This document shows, piece after piece, positions 34,881-48,783 of a stretch of 64,000 bases of DNA. Both the position numbers and the translations under genes were made by a program. The DNA is taken from contig CM022671.1 of the NCBI GenBank assembly GCA_012295275.1, positions 26,102,001 through 26,166,000 on the forward strand, given 5' to 3'. The notes below the pieces were generated by a model. The model was not told the DNA's origin. It did not search any database and was given only the letters and a program-made list of their open reading frames with translations. Each line of letters opens with the position of its first letter. Positions within the stretch are counted from its first letter, which is position 1. This DNA is from Chrysomallon squamiferum. Lineage: Eukaryota; Animalia; Mollusca.

Positions 34881-37800
34881 TTATTTAATGTTTTTAGGTA
34901 ACATACACTGATCTCAGTTTCTTTCTTTTTCCATGACACTTTTTTTTCTTTCTTTCTTCTCTTCATTTGTCTTCATTTATAAATATCCTCATCCTATCTT
35001 TGTTGTTGTGGTTGTATATAAAACATTATTAAAATGTAGAAAGGGGCATTAATTAAGACATGTACCTGTTAGTCAATTATAACTCGATTTTTTTTTTTTG
35101 GTTAAAACAAAGCATAGTAATTTTGTAACATCAATAATTAAATTGCTACAGATACAGTGTTTTTCATTAATATTTTTTCATTTTATGTCTTAATGGCTGG
35201 TAGACACAAATTCCAAGTTGATGAAGGTTGGTTAAGCCTTTTTTCAGCATAATTATAAATATAGTGTAAAATTCTTTGTTAAAGTATGTTAGCTCATAAT
35301 TCATAAATATTAGATTTAAAAAAAAAAAAAAAAGATTTATGATTCTATTGACATATGTTTACTTTATAAATGTTAGAAACAAGTGTGTTTTTCATCATTT
35401 TAACAAGAGACCTTTTATATCAGTTATTGAAACAGAAATCTGTCAGGTTTCAAATATTTGGCACAAATTCTAAAACACCATTATCTTATCATGCTCAAAA
35501 TGGCATTTATGAACTTTGAAATCTATTCTTCTATATATAAAATATATATATATATATATAAAAGAAAAGAATACATGTATGTGTATGATTTTCGTTTGCT
35601 GACCTGAACAAACTGAATTTTCTGTTGAAATGAAGTAGTGTTGATCAAGTGAGTATTGGCAACATATTTGTTGAGGACAAAAAATGAAGAGATTCATCAT
35701 ATATGTGTAATATGAAGGAAAAATTCAAAACAATGTTTGCTTGTCAGCACATTAGCTTTCTTAAAATGCATTCTAAAAATAAATTCTGAACATATAGCAG
35801 TACTTTATAATTCAGTAATGTAGATTAAAACTTAAATATAATATGAAAATAACTTCAAAATATTTTCTTAATGGAACCATATTACATTGCTTCTTAGAGT
35901 ATTTCAGAACCATACACATTTGAGACTTCATAAAAAATGTCACTTACCCATTACTACATTATTTGGGAATTTTCTTGTCTCTGGTTTAATTCACCACAAA
36001 ATTATTTCACCATGGGTGAATTGTTCACCAGTTTGTTTAAGAAGCATTGCTTTAATGCATGTCTTTGCTTAATCTGCAGGTTAAAAAAAAGAAGAAGAAG
36101 AAAAAAAGAAAACTGCCAAGAAACAACTAACAAACATCAATAATCCCTCTCTTGAACTCCCCCTAAAATAACAGCCTTGCATTTTACCAACAGGTTAAAA
36201 AGAGAGATTATATTATTATTATTATTATTATAACTAATCTAATTTTTTTCTTGGAATAAATAATATTAGAAGTAATGATTTATTGAAAAATTTGAAATCT
36301 AATATTTTAGTTGTTACAATCTAAACATGTTAACAGTGTAATGTTGATATTGTATTTTTTTCCAGTTGAATAAGGCAGTGCTTATGCTTAATAAGTTTAA
36401 GTTATTGTCTGTTATATGTTCCAGACAGTGAGCTAGGACTGATCTAACAAATGCTGTGGAATATACTTTTCAGTTTATGGGAAGAGGCATTAAAATGATC
36501 TCTCACTGTATAATCATTAGAAGCTGTCCATAATGTGGCAACAGCAGATTTCTCTTGTCTGCTTTTCTCGTTAGTAGCCAGAAACATGTAAATTATTTCA
36601 GACTCTTTAGCCCTCTTGAGTTCCTTTAGTGACCACTGTCAAAATTTAGATTTTAGTGATCAAGGTTATAACTGAATCTCTGCTGTTTCGTCAGTTCAGT
36701 ATGATGTCTGGGTTTTGTCTATGTCTACTGATATTCAAAGTTTTGACACTGTATGGTCATAACCATCTTTGAAGTAAAGAGACCAATACTGAAATATACT
36801 GAGGCCATCCTTAAATATTAATTTGTTCCTTCTTGACATTATACTTTAAATTTTAGTAAGTAAATGTTTAACAATAAATACTATATGTCTGTTGAACTGA
36901 AATAGTTTTGATGTAAATTTAATTTTAAGAAGGTTATAATCTGTAAATTTGCCTCACATAATAAAAAGGCAGCCTGACCTCTCAGAATATTTCTCTTTAC
37001 ACTATCTGCTAATTTGACTGAACATAGCTGTAACAGGTCCCCAGTGAAGATAATACTGATTAAGTTACATAGTCAAAGGAATGGTCAGTTAATTTTCCCC
37101 AACATGTAAGAGCCTAAGGTTAGAGTTATATTTCTTCTAACTGACCAAACAAAGATATCTGTGATTAAGTTAAGGTAAACAGACTGGTCAGATTTATTTT
37201 TAAGGATTCCAGGACATAGGGTGATGGTTGTAGTTTCTGTTAAAAATGTATAAGAAGATGATAATGTGGTGAATATCATCAGTGATTATTTGGAGGGATT
37301 TTTCTGAAAGTTATGGATGTAAATATTTTGTTTGATGAAACTCTATTGGAAATATATTATTTGTAACTAGTATTAGTAATTTTTATTTTTTTTATTTTTT
37401 TATAATTAAGATATTTTTTGAATGATTATTTATTAATATGTCCTAAGATAAACAATATGTAATTTGTTCAGCACGTTAAACCTTGTGTGATTGTCAAAAT
37501 TAATTTTCACTTGGAAAAATATCTTCTAAAGAATATTTAGTTCAAATATTTAAGTTATTTTTCCTGATGGTTAAGTATTCTTGAAGGATTATTTCAGTTA
37601 TGTGTAAGACAAAAATAAAAGTAGAAAACAGAAAACATATAATAAGAAACAACTATAAAGAAAAAGAAGAAGAAATAAAAGTTGCTAAATAAAAAAGAAA
37701 GCAAGACTTCCAATAATGCTAGAATCTGGTTTATTCCCTCAAAACATCGTCAATTTAAAAACAAATATCTAACTGATGAGTTGTTCAGGGTTGTTCCTTT

Positions 37801-40190
37801 TCACAACTTTTCACTAAAAACTGATAACTACGTAACTTGTTCTTTTTTTATCTGGATTTACATACATTTTCCAAAATTACATGGTTTAAACACTCACACA
37901 CACAAACACACACACACATATATTAATAATAAATAATAAAATAAATACAGGATTGGCATAAAGATCATAATTACAGAAATTCCTGCAGTTACAATACTGG
38001 AATGAAATTAGCTTTCTTAAAACACGTTCTTAAAAAAAAGAAAAAAAAAAGAAAGTAAAACTAATGAAATAAATATCATAACAATTTATATTAATAACCG
38101 ACTGAAGTATTAATGTTTTAGATAATAAAATTTTACATTAATAACAAACTAAAGTATTAATGTTTTAGATAATAAAATTTTGTATTAATGACAAACTGAA
38201 GTATTAATGTTTTTATTAATAAAATTTTACATTAATAACAAACTGAAGTATTAATGTTTTCAATAATAAAATTTTACATTAATAACAAACTGAAGTATTA
38301 ATGTTTTAGACAGTAAATTTTCGATTAATACTAGAAACACACATGTACTGATACATATAAGACAAATATTATTAGTTCAGTTTTTGCTGACAAAATATAT
38401 CAACAAGACTGAACAGTAAGATCTGGTGATGTACTCATGGCAAACATATTTTGGCATCTACACAAATACAGTTCATGTAACAGACCTCTATCTGGGCTCT
38501 GTTGCTGACTTAAATCTTATCACAAATGTACAAATATTCATAAGATGTCAGCCATTTTCTTTCTTTACGTCATTTACTTCTTCTTCATTTTTTTTTTTTT
38601 TTTTTTTTTTTTAACCTGGTAACAGAACTGTGGTTTTGAAAATAAAAGTAAAAATAAAAATAAAATAAAATAAAATAAAACAAAATAAAATAAAAGAAGA
38701 AGAAGAAAAGAAAATTAAACGTGTCTTTAACAAGGACAGTGTTTGATAAATTAGACTTTAATAAATTTCACAAGCAGATGAGATAACTGGCACACATAGT
38801 TTTGAACTGGTGGCTTTCATACTGCATTTACATCATCTTAACCAGATAGTGTTGATGTGGTTCATTGTTAACATACTCTCTCTGCAGATGAGTTTATTCA
38901 GCAGTTCCTCATTTTTATCAAGTGTACAAGATTTGGAAAATTGAAACATTTCGTCCAACTTAAAACTTGTTTTTGTCAGTTTGAAAAAAGTTATTTATAT
39001 CTCTTTAAAAGACATAAATAAAAAAATATGTAATGAATGATGGGACGTTTTATGTTATGTTTAGCTTATATTATATAAAAAACCTCAAAATACTCAAAAA
39101 CATTAAAAAAAAAAAAACAAATATTATAATAATAAAAATGATAGCTAAATCTTAAAAATAATGACTAAAAGATATTCTAATGCTATTTTTGTTTCTTTAT
39201 GGCTTGGATTTTTTTTTTTTTTTAATTAAATTTTTTCAACATTTGTTTCCAGTGTTGTAATCAGAATTAATGTTGTTTGGACTAAATATTTTGTTTTAAT
39301 ATTTGATAAAAAAAAAACACAGTTTATATAAAAAAATTCCATAACCAATAGCAACATACTCGTTTTTTTTAGTTTTTTTTACTAAAACCAAGCCTTTATA
39401 ACAAACTGCTGAATCCTGTCCAATGGTGTAGTCATGGTGATGTTGAATTTATATTAACTTAGAAATAAACCTTTTACATGAAATATTTTACTGGTCAATA
39501 AGTGCTTTATTCACAGTGGAAATAAAATAAAAAATATAAATTATCGCTATAATAATAATATCAGCTCAATTTCTTAGTATTTTTTTTCTAACCTAAATGC
39601 ATTATTTGTGTAAAACAAAATATGTGTTTATTAACGTAATTCTTTCTTGAATTGTTGGTGAGGACTTCACAGACATGTTGGTACAAGATAAAAAAAAAAA
39701 AAAAAAGTAACAAAATTAAGAAAATAAATACATAAAAATAAAAGGTACATATATAACATAATGTTGTCTGTCACATGTTTCAAAATGGAGGAGAAAAAGA
39801 AACCTCCATCACATTCTGTTCAAGACCTCTGGTAGGTCCAGATGTTTATATAACAATATAATGACTGTTCATAACTCAGTCTCATTCTGATGTCTAATTA
39901 AATGAAGAGTGTGTCCCTTTTTAATTGACAAAAAATATATATTTGTGATGGGACTTTTTATGTTGTGTTTAGATAATGTTATATAAACAACCTCAAAATG
40001 CTCTGTTAAAAAAAAAAAAAAAAAATCAAAATTATAGCTAAATCTTAAAAATAATGAATAAAAGGTATTATAATACTGTTTAAATATTGTTTTTGATGGT
40101 TTTGATGTTTTAATTTTCATTAAATTTCTTCAACATTATTGCAGTCTCATTGGACTCAATTTGTTTTTAAAAATACTTGTTATTGTTATT

Positions 40191-40259
<69 letters not shown>

Positions 40260-40643
40260 CATACATACATACAATAACAATAAATATTTTTATATATATA
40301 TATATATACATATACATACATACATACAATAACAATAACAAGTATTTTTTTATATATATATATATACATATACATACATAACAATAACATACATACATAC
40401 AATAACAATAACAAGTATTTTTAAAAACAAATATATATATACATTCAAACACCAAAAACCAGTAGCAACATTGACAGTTTTTTTTGACTAAAACCCAGGC
40501 TTTACAATAAGAATAGCTTTAACAATCTGCTTTTTAATCTGTTCCCATGGTGTAGTCATGGTGATGTCGAATTTTCATTAACTTAGAAATAAACCTTTTA
40601 CCTGAAATATTTTACTGGTCAATAAATCCTTTATTTACAGTAG

Positions 40644-40678
<35 letters not shown>

Positions 40679-40709
40679 CTACTGCTACTGCTGCTACTAC
40701 TACTACTAT

Positions 40710-40743
<34 letters not shown>

Positions 40744-43700
40744 ATTACTACTACTATTACTACTAATACTACTAATAAAAACCTTTGGAAATCTGAGTGT
40801 GGGTTCAAAATATAAATGTTGCTGTAATAATAAGTTCAGCTCAGTTTCTGACTGTTTTCTTTCTAACCCCAATATATTATTTATGTAAAACAAAATATGT
40901 GTTTACTAACGCTGTAACTCTTTCTTGAATTGTTGGTGAGGACTTCACAAAATTGGTTACAGACAAAATGGAACAAGTACAAAAAAAAAAACAAAAAATC
41001 AATTAAGAAAATAAATACAAAAAAATAAAAGGTACATATATAACATAATATTGTCTGTCACATGTTTTAAAATGGAGGAGAAAAAGAAACCTCCATCACA
41101 TTCTGTTCAAGACATCTGGTAGGTCCAGTTGTTTATATTACAATATAATGACTGTTCATAACTCAATCTCATTCTGATGTCTATTTAAATGAAGAGTGTG
41201 TCCCTTTTTAATTGACAAAAAATATATATTTGTGATGGGACTTTTTATGTTGTGTTTAGATATTGTTATATAAACAACCTGAAAAAGCTCTGTTAAAAAA
41301 AAATAAAAAATAAAAGATAAAAAATTCAAGATGATAGCTGAATCTTAAAAATAATGAATAAAAGATATTATAATACTGTTTAAATATTTCTTTTTTGGTT
41401 TGATGTTTTAATTTATATAAAATTTCTTCAACATTATTGCAGTCTGAATTACACTTGTTTTCACTGGACTTAATTTGTTTTTAAAAATATTTGTTATTAT
41501 TTATATATATATATACATTCAAACACCAAAAACCAGTAGCAACATTGACAGTTTTTTTTGACTAAAACCTAGGCTTTACAATAAGAATAGCTTTAACAAT
41601 CTGCTTTTTAATCTGTTCCCATGGTGTAGTCATGGTGATGTCGAATTTTCATTAACTTAGAAATTAACCTTTTACCTGAAATATTTTACTGGTCAATAAG
41701 TGCTTTATTTACTGTAGAAAAAAAATATATAAATAAATAAATAAATAAATAAATAAGTTCTACTGCTGCTACTACTACTACTATTACTACTATTACTACT
41801 ACTACTGCTGCTGCTGCTGCTATTACTACTACTATTACTATTAATACTACTAATAAAAACCTTTGGAAATCTGAGTGTGGGTTCAAAATATAAATGTTGC
41901 TGTAATAATAAGTTCAGATCAGTTTCTGACTGTTTTCTTTCTAACCCCAATATATTATTTATGTAAAACAAAATATGTGTTTATTAATGCTGTAACTCTT
42001 TCTTGAATTGTTGGTGAGGACTTCACAAAATAGGTTACAGACAAAATGGAACAAGTACAAAAAAAACAAAACAACATACAATAAAAATAAAAGGTACACA
42101 TATAACATATAATATTGTCTGTCACAAGTTTCAAAATGGAGGAGAAAAAGAAACATCTAACACAAAAAATATCAACTAATTCCAGTTTATATCAGATTGT
42201 TCATAACTGAATCTCATTCTGATATCTAATTAAATTGAAAAAAATATATATAATGTATGATGGGACTTTTTATGTTATATTTAGGTTCTATTATATAAAA
42301 AACCTAAAAATGGTCAGTTAAGAAAAAAAAACATTCCCAAAAAATAAAAATAAATTCAAAATGACAGCTAAATGTTAAAAATGACAAAAAGATATTTAAT
42401 TAGTTGTTTTCACTGGAGTTAATTTTTTTTTTTTTTTTTTAAATATTTGTTAACAGAATTGTTAGAATTTATATATACAATCCAATTAACATCTTTAACC
42501 ACAAATTTATATGATATTTCTGATCAGTAAATCCTTCAGTTGCACTAGTATTTAGAAAATAAAATAGATAAATACATATATACATATATATAAAAAAAAA
42601 AAAAGTCAGATGTCATAATCCATTAAAACGAGAAAACTAAAAAAAAAAAAAAAACATTTCAAGATTTATATATTAATAGTAAATATGACTCTTAATTCCA
42701 TGAATACCAGTTCCTTTCCATTTAAAATGTATTATTTGTACAACAGTTAAACAGTTAGACCTACTTGTTTATTAATGTTACTATTCTTTCTTGTTTGTTA
42801 ATTGTATTTTATCTGCTGTTACAGTTTTAATGAATGTTGAAATGCTTTAAAATTTATTTCTAATTTTTAATTTCCTAAAAGCAACATTATTGTAGAATCT
42901 TCATGGGTTGTTGCTGTGTTTTCACACTGGGACAGCTAATGACGTCTTAGAAATTTATATGACTTTTTTATATTTTATTTTTATTGATTATTAAATCTTT
43001 CATCTGTAAATGTCAAAAGATATTAAATTTCACAATCAAGAAGACAAAAACTAAAGTCAAATCTACCAGTAAATTCAGAATTTGAGTTTTAATTATTGTT
43101 CCAGTTGAGCAACCTATTTTTTTTTCTAACCTAATTTGTTTCTTTAAGAGTAAAACAAATACTTCTTTATTGATTTTTTTTTTATTACTTTCTTGAATTT
43201 CTGTTGGTTATCTGCTGCTCTCACTATGGTATTGTGTTTCTTTTGTTTATAGTTATACTCGAATCACAAAACACACACATACATACACACAAAAGAGAAA
43301 GGAAGATTCATGTAATGTTAACTCTAAAAACACTGTTATTTGTTATTGCCTCTTGTCTGCCAAACACCCTACACACACACAAACACACACTTACACACAT
43401 GCACCCACACACATATCTACACGCACAGATGTATATTCTGTATACTTTCATTATGAGTTTAAGCCCAATCATTTGAAAAACATGTGAAGTATTTACTTCT
43501 CAGTCCAACTCAGTGGAGAAGCTGATGAAAATCTTACAGAGCTGTTTTTCCTGAATTCTTATGTTACCCCCTGCAGAAAGCAATGTGTCATAAACACTAA
43601 TGTGAAGTCTTTGTGAGGATCATTTCCCTGTTTCAGACTCTACTCAGCCTGTAGTCCAAGCTTTCTGGTGCACCCTTTAGATAAATATCATGCACTATTT

Positions 43701-45100
43701 GTTTCACTTGGGTCAGTATACTTGTTGGTTTCTTTTAACACTACAGCTCTCTGATGCCACCATTTTTTTCATTAAAAAAAAAACTCATCTAGGCCCACCA
43801 AGGACATTATTTTCGTCAATGGCCAAAAATCCATCTATTGTATGACCATTGTGGAATTTGTTTTAAAATCTGTGTGCCAATGTCTTCCCATTCCTGACCT
43901 TTTTCACACAATTACTTTCTCTTTTAATATTGGTAATGATGATATTCAGAATTCTTTTGCAAAGAACAAACACTAAAATGAATAATGTAGCCTGAAAAAT
44001 GAGTTCAGAAAATTTGAAACAGTATAAATATTGTGATGGGGCACTCACAGGCAACATCAGGCTGAGCTTGGGGTGTATGAGGGTGGAGGGAATACTTGCT
44101 GATGGGGCCAAAGTGTTAAGTGCTGTTTAATATTCATTCCTTAGGACTGCATATATTTAGAGTTTTACCATTTGAACTACAAGTATTTAGAATGTGATCA
44201 TTTGGATTGTATGTCTTTAGAATGTAACCACTGGAGGTACAAGTATTTAGAATGTGACCATTTGAACTTGGACTACAAATATTTAAAATATAACTATTTG
44301 CATTGCATATATCAAGAACATAATAGTTTGGATGTAAAAGTATTTAGAAAATAAAAATTTGGACTACAAGTATTTAGAATATAACCATTTGGATTATGAG
44401 TGATTAGAATGTTTCATTCAGTTGTCAAACCATTTATCTGGATTTCAGAAATCCAAAATGATCTGAAAAGTTACCTTAAACATGTATTAAATCAAGCCAG
44501 TTAAATACTATTTCGTTCTTTACTTTTCATTATTTGTATTATATTTTATGTACACAGAAAACTGGAATATCTAGAAACCTGCGTCACTCAAGTTGCCAAG
44601 CTTGCCAAATAAATGTTTAGTACCAGTAATAATAACAATAATAATAATAACGATAATGATAATAATAACAATATTAAAACCCCAAAATAACTGAAGAAGA
44701 AATAAAGATAAAATAAATCTCATTGCTACTGAAATTAATTCAAAAACATTTAAACAATGACTGCCAGATCAGACACAGTCTGTGTAGATTTATTTGAAGA
44801 TGTCAAAGGCCATCGTCTGCTGTTTGGTAGTTTGTTGCAGAGCCAGACAGTGCTATTTATCTTGGTAAATTTGGTTAATGTGAAAATCTGGTGCTGCTGT
44901 AAATGAGAAATTCTTCTCTTCTCACTACGAGAACTGGCAAGGTTTCACTTGTAAACAAGGTACCTTAGGAAAGTGCTTTAATGAATGCATGACTATTTTG
45001 GAATTTGATATTAAAATGTAATTAATGGATAATTTAATCTCACAGTATTGAAAGAAAAAGGTTAAAAGTAAACATACATATACACAGAGAGAGGAGAGAG

Positions 45101-45159
<59 letters not shown>

Positions 45160-48100
45160 TTAATAATAGATTAATTTATGAATGAACATAGAATTGATTT
45201 GTTAAGTATATAATTGATTTCAGGAGTAAATGATTGATCTGTATGAGTTAATGATCTTAATAATAATAATAATCATCATCGTTGTCATTGTCATCATCAT
45301 AACCACAATAATAATAATCAGAACAACAATAACAACATCAATGATAATAACATATATTTATAAAGTGCTGCAAATGCCATTTTAGTACTTGATATCAAGT
45401 AACGAGTATGTCTGACTGTTGCTTTAAATAGCATTTCTTTCTGCAAGTTTGACAATGAAATATTCTGTTAGACAAACATTTTCTGAATCCATATATAATA
45501 CCATTCTTGCATATATACATCTCAGATAAAACTTGTTGTTTTATTTTGAAAATCTTAAAAGTGTTAACTTTACTTTCTGCCAAAATCTATGTTTATTTCT
45601 GCATCAGAATTCTTGATATGTTGGGCTTTTTTGGTTTTTTTTGTTTTTTTTTGTTTAAAAAAATCATTGATAATAGGAAAGGAAAAAAGATATAGAAATG
45701 TTCTGCTGGAAATACTTGTAAATTAATTCAAAGAACTTTGCTTTGTTTACTTAGTATTTAATTTAGCAGTTGAAAACCAAACTGGCTAGATGTTTCGTGT
45801 TTACTTTGTTGCTAAACTCTTAAATTATAATATACTCTGTACAAATTTCTGTAAGAAGCAAGATGTAAACATGCATCATATGTAGATTGAATGAGCTAAT
45901 ATCAAACATGTGTTGCTGGACTGACTAGTTTTCTTGGGAATCTTTTTTCTTTATAACTGAAATCGTTTCATCATGAAGGTTATGATGTTAAAATGTCTTT
46001 TTCTGAATTCTTGGAAATCCTCTCGAGCACAGCTTAAACCCCCCCCCACTGAAATAGCTTTTATTTTATATTTTTAATCTTTCATTTCATGAATCAGAGA
46101 ACTACTGAATGGATTTTTCAGTACGTAATGTTATCATTAATAATCTAATAAACCACTGTGTAACACTGAATATTAAAACATTATCTTTATTTTGTTAGTC
46201 TGTTTAGCAGTAATTGTTTTGTAGGTTTATTTTTTTTCTTTTGTTTAAAAGAGAGAAGGGATAAAAAAGAAAAAGAAAAAAAGAGGTGTATTTATTTGTA
46301 GATAAGATAACCTCCTAATCTGTTATAAACAACGGAATTCCAGAACGTGTATACTTACAGTAATAGGTTGCGAAAACGGTGTCAGCAATGTCTGCCAGGA
46401 CTAAGAGTTAAGAAAGAAAAAGTATTTACAGCTGTTGCTACTGGCTACCTGGTAGGGCCATGTGCTGCAGGTATTGTTGGCTCAGACTAATGGATTCAGA
46501 TGTTTTTAATATGTTCTGGGTTAAAAAAAAAGTAGGATTTTCAGTTTATTGAATCCCTATGTTTGAATTTCACCTGATAAAAAAAAAAAAAAATTGTGAT
46601 CCTGTAGGTCAGACATTAACAACAATTTTTTATTTAATTTTTTTTTGGCTGCAGCCCTTTTGGAATCTAACATTTTTCAGGAGTGTCCCTCTTTATGTTG
46701 CCAGGGCCTTCTTGGAGGCCATGTTACCTCCCCATGAGAATAGCACTGGTAGGTCGTAAGATCAGTTCCAACTAAATGTGTAGAATTCCAAACAATATAT
46801 TTCATAAATAAAGACTGATGTTTCTTTTTCCAGCAGGTCTGAAAATTAGTGAAAATTATTCTAATTGTTTATGAAAAGTTTCCTTTTTTTTTTCTTTTTA
46901 TTATTATTATTTTTTTCTTTCTTTTTAAGAAAACTAAAATTAAAAAAATATTTCCAGTTAATAAGTCAAAAAATTAATAATCAGTAAAAAAAAAAAGTTG
47001 AGACTTAAAATCTGTTGTTAATATAAATTAAAATAATAATTTTATTTAAAACTTTTGATCTAAGAAATTATTTAATTTAAAATCATTTGATATAAAAAAA
47101 AATATATATCGTCAAAAATCATTTGATCTAAAATAATATGTAATTTAATATCTCATGATTTAAGACAGACTTTCCTGTTGTTAAAAAGACAAGCCTTCAT
47201 GAAAAGCTAGCACTGTCTTAGGTGATATGCATGACAAGAATATAGAATTTTAATTTTTTTTTCTATAATTCTTTTTGGTATGGGTAAGTACAGCTAAAAT
47301 TCTACACTTACAAGATTACCCAGTTTTGACATAACATCAGAACTTTCAAGAGAAATAGATTTTCTGTTATGTGGAATAGTTTAAATAAAATTTAGACCTG
47401 AAGTATGAAACAGAGATTAGTTACAAAACATTTTGAATAATGATGCTATACAAGTAACTAAGGGTACTGAAGAAGATAACTAATCTATTCAAAGAAACCA
47501 CATTTCTTCTTGACCTAAAATAATATGTGTTTTAATATCTCTTGATTTAAACTTTAGAAACGGTACCAAAGAAGTTAACTAATCTATATACAGAAACCAC
47601 TATTTCTTTTTGACTATCTGTTTCTATCTAGAGAAAAGAATTTCTTCTCATAAACAGTGTTATCTGGATTAGTTTGGATTATTACCGAATCACTAACACC
47701 TTTACCATCACTCAGCAGTGATAAAAATCAGCAGCTGTTACCAAAGCAAGAGTGGAAGATCATCATAACAATTTAAGATTCCATCAAGGGTTATCTGCTA
47801 GGTGTAAATTATAAAGACTTAAACCTGTTATCACTACATAAATAAACTGTGAAGGTTTTTTCTTCTTCCTTACCAACAATGTGAAAGTGATTTGATTATG
47901 TAATTTTCAAAGAAGACAGTTAACAGTTCAAAAATAGATATTTTATAAATTCATTATTATAAATAGGTATGAATGTTATTTTTGAATGTATGATAATAAT
48001 CAGGAATAAAAAGCTTTTGATAAGAAAGTTAAGAAAGTGAATGAAAGATTAAAGGTTATGTCAGCATATGAACACTTTATGAAATCATAATTATCAGGTG

Positions 48101-48444
48101 TAGGTAGGTAGGTAGGTACATAAATGTGTGTGTATGTTTGTATGTATGTATGTATGTATGTGTATATGCATGTATGTATGTGTGTATGTATGTATTGTTT
48201 GATTAAGTAAGTATGATTTAATGCTACCATCTCATAACAGTTAGCAGCAAGAAATCTTCCATATGTGCCAACCAATAGGCAGGAAAATACATACCATGGT
48301 CATGTATATCACATACCAGGCCATTAGGTAAACTGTTCTGATTCCAACAAAGTTAAATGTTTATGTTACCTGTATGTATTTTTGTGTGTGACCTGTGTGT
48401 ATGTCAAAGCATATGTGTGTAAGTACAGATGCAGTGATGTGTGC

Positions 48445-48492
<48 letters not shown>

Positions 48493-48740
48493 GTGTTTGT
48501 GTGTATATCCACTCGTCTGTGTACTTTGAGAAAGAAGCAAATGACAAAAATAACCTATAGTGAGAAAAACTGATTTACAATGATTCAATACTGTCATGAA
48601 ATATAATAATATTACAGGATAAAAATTGTTGTTGTGTCAAAGTGCTGGCTTCCTGAGGAAGTGTATCTATATCTGAATCATAGGTTTATTTTTATGTTAA
48701 ATAATAGTCTATCAAATGCTTAGAGAAAACATGATATAGG

Positions 48741-48783
<43 letters not shown>

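Noticed and set aside
40139-42156. YI-repeat, poly-Ser and poly-Val ORFs (similarly 48000-48597, 54149-54406, 56233-56456)
   Set aside because: They are translations of simple repeats.
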